DNA from: Eledone cirrhosa
Taxonomy: Eukaryota
Length of the DNA stretch: 64,000 nucleotides
Assembly: GCA_964016885.1 (NCBI GenBank)
Contig: OZ024748.1
Location: forward strand, 1,488,001-1,552,000
Direction: 5' to 3'
The notes below the pieces were generated by a model. The model was given only the letters and a program-made list of their open reading frames with translations, was not told the origin of the DNA and made no database searches. The translations under genes and the position numbers were made by a program. This document shows, piece after piece, positions 53,640-64,000 of this stretch. Each line of letters starts with the position of its first letter. Position 1 is the stretch's first letter.

Positions 53640-53826
53640 TTATTCTATGTACTATACATGCACCTTTGATGAGTTGTAGTGCACCTGAGCACTGTACACA
53701 ATAATTTTCATTATTATTATTTTTATAAGTTTAGTAAATCACTCGAAATTCATCATTACTTATTTCAAATAAACTATATATGGCAAGAAAAGGATTAAAA
53801 TTTCAGTGGTTCAGATAGTTACTTAC

Positions 53827-53909
53827 AAAAAGTGATGAGTATGTATGCTATTAAGTTGGAAAAGCCAGCTATTAACATCATAACCGACATTGGACGACGG
53901 CAACCTAAT
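53827..53909 (-). CDS. SLC22 transporter exon 6
   Basis: LGCRRPMSVMMLIAGFSNLIAYILITF (GRR-like loop plus TM9). cAG/GTAAGT boundaries, 83 nt. Confidence 0.9.
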
Positions 53910-54328
53910 CTGTGGGAGAGAAGGGGAAAAAAAGAAAACAATAGGAGTCCTTAATACTGTTGTAAAGTTGTAAATGAAAGGTGAAAATGTTGACTACACA
54001 GAAATATATATAAGAACCTTCCAGTTATGTCAAAGACATGACAACCTCTCTAGTGCTGGTGCAAGCATGGAAACACATGTAAAAACGATGATATTCCCCC
54101 TCCACACACACGCACACATGTATATCATGACTGATACACTATTCACTTTCCTGACATTTGTACATTATTCTATGTATTATACATGCACCTGAGCACTGTA
54201 CACAATAATTTCATTATTATTATTATTATATTTTATGATGATGATGATGAAACCCATTTTTAGATATTTTCTGCTCAAACGTTACAGAGGGCTAAGAGTT
54301 AAGGGTGTTTTGACAGAGAATAACTTAC

Positions 54329-54463
54329 TTGTTTGATATTAACATTGTCACTATGTATGCAAATATTTCACAGATTGCTGTCCAGAAAAGATTCAGAGAG
54401 AGATTTCCTGGCAAACTTGGAGTACTGAGGATTATTCCAAAATAACTTAAACTATTCACAGTT
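54329..54463 (-). CDS. SLC22 transporter exon 5
   Basis: TVNSLSYFGIILSTPSLPGNLSLNLFWTAICEIFAY (YxG, GNxxxN and E motifs). cAG/GTAAGT boundaries. Confidence 0.93.
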
Positions 54464-54665
54464 CTGGAACAAACAAACATTAAAGAATTACATGTGTATA
54501 TATATACATACACATGTACACACATCCATATGTACATGTATGTATGTATATGTGTGTATATATGTGAGTGTACATGTGTATATATATGTATGTGTGTATT
54601 ATGTATGAGTGTATGTATGCATGTGCATGTGTGTGTGTGTAGAACATTTACGGTGTTGAACTTAC

Positions 54666-55178
54666 GATAGGTAAAACATTATAAGAGTATATCCCAGCAT
54701 TCTTGGAGAGGAAAACAATGACTTAATGCTGACTGCCATGTTGGAAACTTTGTCAAAATCCTGGGACGTCTGTTGAGTGTCTTTGTTTAAATCCGACTGA
54801 AGGGACAGTTTCGTATAATGCCACTCATCATTATTCATGCTATTGTTTCCGTTTACAGCTTTAGTGAAATGTTTTCCAGTAAAATCTTCCGATTGTTCTT
54901 CAGATTCTTCCACTAGATTCTTTTTTGTTCGAAAGCTTTCATCTTTGTGGCTATAGCTCGAGTCCTGGGGTTTATCCAATGTGTTATTTGATGATAAATC
55001 GTTTTGTTGTTTTATGAAGTTTAACTGTAAATCCTGGTTTTTGGAATGTGCCAATGTGTCTAAATTAATGTCACTCGGTAGATTAGTTTTGTCCCATTTG
55101 GCAGCATAGTTTAAAATTTCTAGGATTTTTTCAAATTTTTTATGGGTAAATAACCAGGATATTGATTCAGGGAGAAGC
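54666..55178 (-). CDS. SLC22 transporter exon 4 (expanded central cytoplasmic loop)
   Basis: LLPESISWL (PESPRWL-like), a long hydrophilic stretch, then SIKSLFSSPRMLGYTLIMFYL. tAG/GTAAG boundaries, 513 nt, phase-consistent. Confidence 0.9.
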
Positions 55179-55237
55179 CTAGAGAAAATAGGATTGGAAA
55201 GAGGATTAAAAACACAGAAATATTAATGTGGTCATTC

Positions 55238-55718
55238 AGTGTGGTACATTGGTCAAGGGTCTTCTACTACAGCCTCACATTGACCAGTGTGGTACATTGG
55301 TCAAGAGTCTTCTACTACAGCCTCACATTGACCACTGTGTGGTACATTGGTCAAGGGTCTTCTACTACAGCCTCACATTGACCAGTGTGGTACATTGGTC
55401 AAGAGTCTTCTACTACAGCCTCACATTGACCACTGTGTGGTACATTGGTCAAGTATCTTCTACTATAGCCTCACATTGACCACTGTGTGGTACATTGGTC
55501 AAGAGTCTTCTACTACAGCCTCACATTGACCACTGTGTGGTACATTGGTCAAGAGTCTTCTACTACAGCCTCACATTGACCAGTGTGTGGTACATTGGTC
55601 AAGTGTCTTCTACTATAGCCTCACATTGACCACTGTGTGGTACATTGGTCAAGAGTCTTCTACTATAGCCTCACATTGACCACTGTGGTACATTGGTCAA
55701 GTGTCTTCTACTATAGCC
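55238..55718. repeat. 48-50-bp minisatellite, about 9.5 copies, in SLC22 intron 3
   Basis: GTGGTACATTGGTCAAGAGTCTTCTACTACAGCCTCACATTGACCACTGT. Confidence 0.95.
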
Positions 55719-56361
55719 AAATATATGTAAGAGTGTGTATGTGTATATATGTGATAGTATGTGTGTGTATATATGTGATAGTATGTGTGTGTATATATAT
55801 ATGAGAGTATGTGTGTGTGTCTTGTGTATAAGTTTGTGTCTGTATTTATTTCAAATAACTTAGTGGTTCAACAAAAAGAGAATGATAAAATAAGTACTGA
55901 GGTCTATATGATCAACACAATCATGCTTTACTGAGTGCTCAGACGAGCCAGGGATCGACATCTTGCTTATATATATTCCTGTACTCTACCGAGTGTATTT
56001 GATGATGGTATCAGCACTAGATGCTTGTCATATCTTTGAAATAGTTCAACCTTTTACCATTTACATTACTCTATATTTACTATTATATTTTCATGGTAAA
56101 AGCTTTGCCTCACATAATACCAAATCTATGAGATTTTCATATTACTTATTTTAAGAACAATACCTTAACATCAGTATGAACGGTCAGTTACAGCCGGTTT
56201 GAACAGAAAGAGGTGAGAGGATTCTGGCCGGCTATGACCGGTTTAAATGCTAAAGGGTTAAAAGTCCTCCATGTGTGTGTGTGTGTGTATATGTTTTAGT
56301 TTCAACACAGTCCTAAATCAAGTCATTTGCCAAATAAGTAAAACATCAAAATTTAACATAC

Positions 56362-56558
56362 CACCACAAGAAGATGACAATGAGATTTGGTAGAGAAAGA
56401 ACAATCTGCAGGATTTTCCAGTTATGAATAAGAAAACCAGCAAGAGCCAGGAACATGATGCCAAGTGACCAGAAACTCGAAGCTCCAATTACACGCAATG
56501 TTCGATGAGTTGAAGGCAAGACCTCAGATAACATACAATATGCTAGCAAGGCTATCGC
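56362..56558 (-). CDS. SLC22 transporter exon 3
   Basis: AIALLAYCMLSEVLPSTHRT...NWKILQIVLSLP (ExxP..R and WRxLQ-like motifs). AG/GTATGT boundaries, 197 nt. Confidence 0.92.
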
Positions 56559-57594
56559 CTGGAAAAATGGAAAGGAATAAAATGAATGGAATGAAAATAT
56601 ATAGGAAGTCCCCAAGAAATGTATACACACTTCAATAGCATTCTAATAAATATGTGTATACATTTTGGAGGGACACTCTGTATGTAAGATGGAGTGTGTT
56701 ATGTAAGCATTGAGGATATATTTGGATACTGGCATTACATATATCTTATCAATAGAAATGGAACTAACCTTTTCATTACCATATTTATAATGAAATACTC
56801 TGTAGTTCAGTTAATGAAGAATTTGGAAGGATTTACTAAAATAATTATATCATTATTAAGATAGTATTTGTAATATATTTTAACAAAAGGTTTGTAGGTC
56901 AAATTATGTTGGAAGATTTTAATTTAAAGTGGGTTGTTTTGTTGCATAGAACTAGAGGTACTAAAAGATGAATTATAATACACACGCATATATATATAAT
57001 CATCAGCATCATCGTTTAACGTCCATCTTCCACGCTTGCATGGGTTTGGACGGGAGTTTTCCCATTTGAGGCAAGATTGGTTGTCTTGCTCGTATAGGAC
57101 TGTCTGGCGGGTTTTCTATGGCTGGATGCCCTTCCTAACACCAACCACGTTTACAGTGTGGACTGGGAGGTTTTTACCGTGTTACCTACACGGCCACATT
57201 ACAGCGTGGACTGTGTATTTTTTTTTTGACACCTACACGACCTCATTTATTTCGGATTGGATGTTGTGGTACCAACATAACTTTACATCGAAAGGGGTGG
57301 TGTGGATGGGGTAGGGGTGGTGGGACGGGGTGTATTTTTGTTAACGGTGCCTACTGACTGTAGGTTTCGCTTTGTACTTAGACAAGATATATATATATAT
57401 ATATATATAAGAGTATGTTGTAGTTTGCTTGAAGCATTGTGTAAAGTGTAGAAAATATGAAACTAGTTTCTTCTATTAATCCTTTGTTCCTTTATTCTTA
57501 CACCTATGATATGAGTAAATGAATGTATAACAGCAAGTAGTGTAACTATGATATGGTTGAATGGACATAGATTCAGAAATGAAATGACAGCAGG

Positions 57595-57905
57595 TAATAA
57601 TAATGATGATTGTGTACAGTGGTGCTCAGGTGCACTACAACTCATCAAAGGTGCATGTATAGTACATAGAATAATATACAAATGTCAGGAAAGTGAACAG
57701 TGTATGAGTTATGATATACAGATACATGCGTGTGTGTGTATGGAGGAGGATTATCAAGCTTAGTGTTGGCGAATTTCGAGAAGCATGGAAGTTTTGAAGG
57801 ATGCAGTGTCCCAACAGCTAACAACAGATGCAGGTAGTTTGTTCCATGCTGCAGCAATTCTGAGCATGAAAAAAAAAGAAGTGTACCTATGGTATGGTTG
57901 AATGG
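57595..57905 (-). mobile_element. CR1-type LINE 3' end with 3' UTR
   Basis: FFMLRIAAAWNKLPASVVSCWDTASFK. The same 3' UTR recurs at about 53420-53720 and 54145-54230 (+). Confidence 0.75.
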
Positions 57906-58318
57906 ATATAGCTTCATTAATTATATGACAGCAAATAGTATACATTTATAGACAGTATGCCACTGTAAAGTGGTCGTGTAAGTGTCACAACAAAAAAGCA
58001 CCCAGTCCACACTGTAAAGTGGTCGTGTAGGCACCACAGTAAAAAAGAACCCAGTACTCACTGTAAATGAGGTTGGTGTAAGCCAAAATCAGTTCTGTAT
58101 GAGCAAGACATGGTCACCTAACCTGGTATTGCCCACAACAGGACAACTCGTCTAACCCATGCTAGCGTGCAAGAATGGATGTAAAACGGTGATGATGATG
58201 ATATGGATGAATGGACGTATGAACTTCAGAAATTATATGGTAGTAAGTAGCAGTAGAAGTGAAAAATGTGGAAATGTTGCCAGACAAAAGATATAGAAAC
58301 AAATGAAATATTACTCAC

Positions 58319-58549
58319 AATATTAGAAGCAGCAATGAAAAATCGGAGAATTGTAAATACGATGATTGAGTTGTTTAAGACAAGGACCAAATTTAAAATC
58401 AGTTGAATGCTAAGAAGTAGATTTAGTATTAACTTTCGTCCAAACTTGTCAGCAAAAGGCATTAAAAATATGCATCCACAAAGATTCCCAAGCATATATA
58501 TGGCTGTTGAAATGTGAGTGATGTAGTCCTCATCACACACCAAGTCCCA
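58319..58549 (-). CDS. SLC22 transporter exon 2
   Basis: WDLVCD motif and MFS motif A (ADKFGRK). cAG acceptor, GTGAGT donor, 231 nt. Confidence 0.93.
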
Positions 58550-58979
58550 CTGTAGTAGAAAATATAAAGAAGTTACAATTTATATTAGAAATAACAAAAA
58601 ATAGACAAATTTAGAAAATTATTTAATTCATTTATTTTATTAATTTTTCCATGCTTATACATAGGGGTCTTTAGAGTAACATTAATGAATTGAATGCATA
58701 GCTCGGAGATCAGAGAGTCACTCCAGTTAGAGCCACTGTTACTCCGAATTTCCGAATTGACAGATTATGGTTAGAATGTCTCAGGGAAAGAATCACTAGA
58801 CAGATTTTATGAGCAAAACCAAGTAGCTAGAGACCCAGTGGTAGACTCCGAGCAAGATGGTTGGATAACATCCATGAGTTTGGTTGGTCTCGCTTGGGAA
58901 TCCAACCAAGGGTGAAGAAGAAAAAGAAGAAAACGTAAAAATGCTGATGATGATGGAAATACACATGAAAGACACCAAC

Positions 58980-59270
58980 CTGTGCTGTGATGGATTCTTT
59001 TGGAGATTTATCATGAGTCCATTGAGTACATTCATGTGAAATGTTATCAGATCCATTGTACACATATACATAACAGTCGGAGGCAACTACGGAGATGTTA
59101 GAAGAATTCCATTGGTCATACTTGCATGTGTGTATCGTCATCGGAGCGAGGTACATGATGGAAAACACAGAGAAAACTCCCCGTAAAATAACAAAACAGA
59201 GCAAGAAGTAGATAATTTTCGGGTATTTTCCATAGTTATTGAGGAGTTGTAGTACTTCATCAGCTTGCAT
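58980..59270 (-). CDS. SLC22 family organic cation/anion transporter (MFS), coding exon 1
   Basis: MQADEVLQLLNNYGKYPKIIYFLLC...ESITAQ is a typical SLC22 N-terminus/TM1. Acceptor 11 nt upstream of the ATG (exon starts 59281); GTTGGT donor; 291 nt. Confidence 0.9.
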
Positions 59271-59440
59271 TGTGAGTTGACCTGGAAAAACAAAAATAAA
59301 TTAAAAAGATGTAACGAAAAAACCCCCAAAAAGTTTAAAAGAATAAAAACCAAACTTTGGTAAATTTATAGACCCCCCCCCTCTTCAATTTCATTGAGAG
59401 AAAATTTCTCCTGTTTTTTTTTTTTTCGTATGCTATCACC

Positions 59441-59731
59441 TAATCTAACCTCCAAGATGCTTACAATTGAATCCCCACCCCACCCCCGGAAAACGTAGCG
59501 GGTGCTTCTCAGAGTTTTCTCTATGGTTTGGGGTTTTTTTTTTCGCTTATTATGAACGAATATGACCTCCAAACCAGTTAGAAATTACTAAATTTGTAGT
59601 AAAAGGAGGGTGAAAGAGGGTAGAAAAAAAGACTATCGGAGTTTCAAAGATCTACACATCTCACACACCCCATCTTCTCTATTTTCCAGGTGGAGGGGGA
59701 GTCTATAGCGAACATCTTGAAGGTTAGATTA
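59441..59731. mobile_element. Element bounded by imperfect inverted repeats of about 36 bp
   Basis: TAATCTAACCTCCAAGATG... versus ...CATCTTGAAGGTTAGATTA. Confidence 0.5.
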
Positions 59732-59879
59732 CCGTATTTCCAGGTGTCGAATACTTTTTTTCTTAAAATAAGTCTCAACAATCTACCATGCGTGTTCATA
59801 ATTTTTTTTCAAATTTTTGGTTGTTAAAATTAGGGTGCGTGTTCGAGGACGAAGCTTCTTTGGCGCCTGGGAAATACGG
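59732..59879. mobile_element. Tc2/pogo-like MITE
   Basis: TA-CCGTATTTCCAGG...CCTGGGAAATACGG-TA. Confidence 0.72.
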
Positions 59880-60045
59880 TAATTGATATTACACGACAAA
59901 AAAAACAAACCCACAAACACACACACAAAACAAAATTATACCTTGTCTTCCACAGACAGAGGGAGACGAAGGTAGTTAAAGAGATTTTTTAAATTATTAT
60001 TTCTACTTTTGGCACAAGACCAGCATTTACCCAGTGTATTACTGG

Positions 60046-60166
60046 TACTTTATTTTATCTACCCCGTAAGGATGAAAGGCAAAGTTAACCTCGGCGGGAT
60101 TTGAACTCAGAACCCCGCCGAGGTTAACTTTGCCTTTCATTCTTGCGGGGTAGATAAAATAAAGTA
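60046..60166. repeat. SINE fold-back palindrome (arms about 53 bp)
   Basis: TACTTTATTTTATCTACCCCG...CTCGGCGGG / CCCGCCGAG...CGGGGTAGATAAAATAAAGTA. Confidence 0.92.
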
Positions 60167-62036
60167 AAATAACACAGACACACAAAAACAAAAAAAGATA
60201 TGATGACAGACAATGAGAAAAACAAAGAGGTAGAAATACAAACCGTCTGGTCGGACAAAAGAGAATCGTTTGATTTAGCGAAGAGGAGGGGGAAGGTATA
60301 ATGAGTACGTGCAGGTAATTTGGTCAACAGGTTATTAGTCACTAAAATACTTCATATGATAGATTGGTATATCCGTAAAGGGAAATAAGAGGAAGTATAT
60401 TGGGGTATGGGAAACTTTCGAGTTCATAATATATATATTTTTTTCCTCCACGTCGGTCGCTGATAGCGAGGTTTTTGTCAGTACTGGCGGCTTGCTTTAC
60501 TGATTATTGGCTATTTTAGTATCCTAGCATCTCTATCACCCACGAAAACGTCATGAATATCTTGACTTACTCTCGAGTCACAAATAATAGGTGGGAGTGG
60601 AAATGTGGTAATTTTTCAAGCCTGTCTCCATTAATTTCTTTTTATAAACCAGGATTAATCGTTTAGTGTACACATTGAGACCCCCAACCCATCCTATTTA
60701 TTTCATAACGTATGGGATTTCCAGTAATGTATTTTCTTTCTCATGTATTATGTTTGTGTTTTTTTTTTTACTGTCCTCCTTTTCAATGGTGTACCCTCAG
60801 ATTCTGGAGACAGGTCTGCCAACATCCTTAGCTGCCCACACCGTGGTTAAGAGCCATCGAGGAAGTCACTATGCAATTATTAGAAATAGTAACCAAAAGG
60901 AAGGCTATACTTCGTAGACAGATTGTTTGAACAATTAAAATTAAAAGACGGAATGGTTACGGGTGGAACACCTTTGGTCATAGGTTTGACTGATATACCG
61001 ATGGCTAAACAACAACAATATGACTAAAGTCGCTGGTAAAAACTGAGTGATTTGAGCACTTTAAGAAGGAACAATCGTCAGATCGAACTAAGAAAACTTT
61101 CCATTAGGCGTTTCAATTGCTGATATTTTCTGCCGGTCGCAGCTCCTGATAGTAGGAACCAAAGACAAAATTAATAGGAACAATAGACCATTCAGCTATT
61201 GTTGTTTGTTATGTTTGAGAGAATAAATTTTATTAAGTTTTAAATATATACATAAATAACATTACAAATAGCTCGCATTTCATTTAGAATGGAAACATAA
61301 ACATATATATAAACACATAACAGATGCAATTAACTATTACTAGGAACCTCACAAATACAACGCACCAAAATATATGACCAGAGCGAGAGAAAGAAAAGAA
61401 AAGGAAACAAAAACGACCATCAATTCACCACCAAGTGCGACAATCGGCCGCACATCACAAGGGTTAACTAAACACTTTGAGGCAAGCCAAACACGCTGGC
61501 AACCTTACCAAGGGTGATGGCGAGACTAAGGTGCTGAAACAACCAGGACCCTCATCTGATGCCTCAGTAAGGCGAGCCACCATCGATGACAAGTTCTATG
61601 CTGTCAGCGGCCCAACTCTATAAAGCCTCTCGAACGCCACAGACTGGGAAAATAATTGTTAGACCACTGGAGTAAACTTCGTCAGTCATTCCTCCGGGAT
61701 AGATAAATACATAGAAGAGATATACCGAGTCGTAGATTCAGTTAACCTTATCTATGCCCTACACATTTGACCTTGTGTCAAATTTGAAATTAATATGGAT
61801 GAGTTACTAATAATTGTTTCTACTTTTGGCACAAGGCCAGCAATTACCCAGTGCATTACTCATACTTTATTTTATCGACCCCGTAAGGATGAAAGGCAAA
61901 GTTAACCTCGGCGAGATTTGAACTCAGATCATAAAGGGCCGTAACTCTATGCGTCAAAGCAAGGCGTCCGACCCTCTACCGATACTGCCAATGACCAGTG
62001 AGGAATAGTCTGCAAGTGCAACATAATTTTATTTAA

Positions 62037-62237
62037 CCCTTTACCATTTACATTACTTTATATTTACTATTGTATTTTCACAGTAAAGGTTTTATCTCAC
62101 ATAATATCAAAGCTACGATATTTTGATGATGATATTTATTTTGAGAACAATAACTTTAACAGCAGTACGAGCGACCAGTTGTACAAAAAGAGGTGAGAGA
62201 ATTCTGGTCTGATACGGCCGGTTTAAATGCTAAAGGG
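62037..62237. mobile_element. piggyBac-type MITE copy
   Basis: TTAA-CCCTTTACCATTTA...TAAATGCTAAAGGG-TTAA. Confidence 0.85.
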
Positions 62238-62816
62238 TTAATTACATATAAACACAATATATATTTTTAAAAAGACAATAAATCAAAAGAAATTAATCAG
62301 AGTGAAAATAGAAGACGTACACTCTCAACTACAAGGAATACTGGTGTTAACTTCTAATAGTTTTTGAGACTAAGATACTCACAGCATTACCGTGAGTGAT
62401 AGACAGCGTGTCTAAGGTGCTGGAATAGCCAAACACCCTTACGAGCATCACCAGATAATTCGATAAGGTGAGACACCAACAATGATAAGAACCTTTAGGA
62501 GTTTCAAAGAAAGATTCTTCAGAGCTTCCTAAAAAGTATTTGCGTTGAAGGTAAAATAGAATTCATTCCAATCAAGAAGCAAAACTGGATTTCTTCGTAT
62601 CTTTTACTCTATTATAGAAATGAGAACAAACCCACCTCATCCTTCTTTATACCCGATACCACCTGTGTTTATGTGAAATGCAAGATCTGAATTATTGACA
62701 AAAAGATTTAACATTGATCATTAGCAGCAACAAAATATTACATAAATGGTCACTAAGTACTTTTGAGTGGGATCTTTTCTGTTTTGTGTGTGTATATATA
62801 TATACACACACACATA

Positions 62817-62873
<57 letters not shown>

Positions 62874-63087
62874 GTATAAAATCATCGTCACTCTACACGT
62901 GTATCGAGTACCTTTTTTGCTATGGTTACGCCAGATCAACACATATATATATATAAATATATACAAATCATATCATAAAATTAAATCAAATTGTTTATAA
63001 CTATAAGTGAAGTCATTCGTTTCCTTTTTTTTAAAATATATATATAACTTTTTTACGCCTCCATTCTGATATATATATATATATATA

Positions 63088-63264
63088 TAGTTATGTAATA
63101 AACAACATAAGATAATTATTTCATTTACCAGTGGTTTCTTGAAGGCAGATGTTATGTCTGTCTTCAATCATCAGATTCTGACGACTGAAGACAGACATAA
63201 CATCTGCCTTCAAGAAACCACTAATAAATGAAATAATTATCTTATGTTGTTTATTACATAACTA
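63088..63264. repeat. 177-bp near-perfect palindrome (88-bp arms, 4 mismatches)
   Basis: The arms are direct reverse complements centred on 63176. Confidence 0.95.
63117..63176 (-). ncRNA. Type-I hammerhead ribozyme core (Penelope-like), with stem I disrupted by an inversion
   Basis: Minus strand reads CTGATGA-TTGAAGaCAGA(cataaca)TCTGcCTTCAA-GAAA-CC(act)GG-TA: complete core, 10-bp stem II, minimal stem III, GUA triplet. Confidence 0.6.
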
Positions 63265-64000
63265 ATAAGCTCTGTAGCCTACACAGAGCACTCTTTTTTC
63301 CCTGTACCTTTCCGACGGAAATACTTCATTCGCACACACACACATATATATACATACATATATATATTTATTTATTTTCATTCAATACAGAGAGCTTTTC
63401 TTTATATTGTGTGGGTGTGAGTAATAATGTTATTGCGTGTGAAATATTACAACAAACATTTTACACGTGTTTTTTCGCTTCTTTACGAATCTGTCGAAAT
63501 ATAAACACAATCACTCAAATAAATTTAACTTTAATACAAAATAAAGAATATCAGTAGATTTTCTAGGAACAATTTTATATCTTGCAACCGAAAAGAAAAC
63601 AATGCGTAGCCAAATTATCAGAATACATGCGAGAGAAATCAGAAAACAGCCGCATGTTGAACTTACCTTTCAATAAATACGCGAAGGTTATTTTGTGAGA
63701 CCTCTAACATCAGGCTGTTCCTTATTTATTACCTTTGAACAAGGTAACATTTTCTGGCCATGAAAAACTGGTGCTAGCTGAATTATTGATAAAAATCCAC
63801 TCCGCAATAATTATTTTCCGATGTTTAATAGATTAATTTCGAATACTCGTTGTAGCTGTCGCTAATAAACTTCATCAACACCACAGAGTTATGTCCCTTA
63901 TATTTCCACCTGGATTTTTTTCTCACTTTACTTTTATTTTCTCCTTAGTTATCTAATGACAAAATATACAGGTATGTGCTACGTTCAATGTACCCTGCAC

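Overview
Eukaryotic, AT-rich, microsatellite- and SINE-dense DNA. The repeat repertoire looks like an octopod cephalopod (Octopus-like); this is inferred, not proven. Two complete spliced genes can be built. (1) ARL16, + strand, 5 exons, 28314-34831, about 174 aa. Its first intron is U12-type (GTATCCTTT donor, TCCTTAAC branch site), and frame plus homology point to a non-canonical TG acceptor. (2) An SLC22 organic-ion transporter, - strand, 9 coding exons, 59270-50755, 622 aa, with a shortened extracellular loop, an expanded central loop and a neutral residue at the TM11 charge-selectivity site. A 37-nt first coding exon (MFGRNSQYDKAL) sits head-to-head with ARL16 and resembles HGS/Hrs, the same divergent pairing seen in human; no further HGS exon was found in the window. 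The rest is transposon debris (RTE, Tx1/L1, CR1 and CRE-like LINE fragments, tRNA-derived SINEs, mariner, piggyBac/pogo/hAT MITEs) and minisatellites. Several near-perfect palindromes are fold-backs centred on Penelope-type hammerhead ribozyme motifs. Most ORFs in the supplied track are microsatellite artefacts. All comparisons to known proteins and repeat families are from recall, not database searches.
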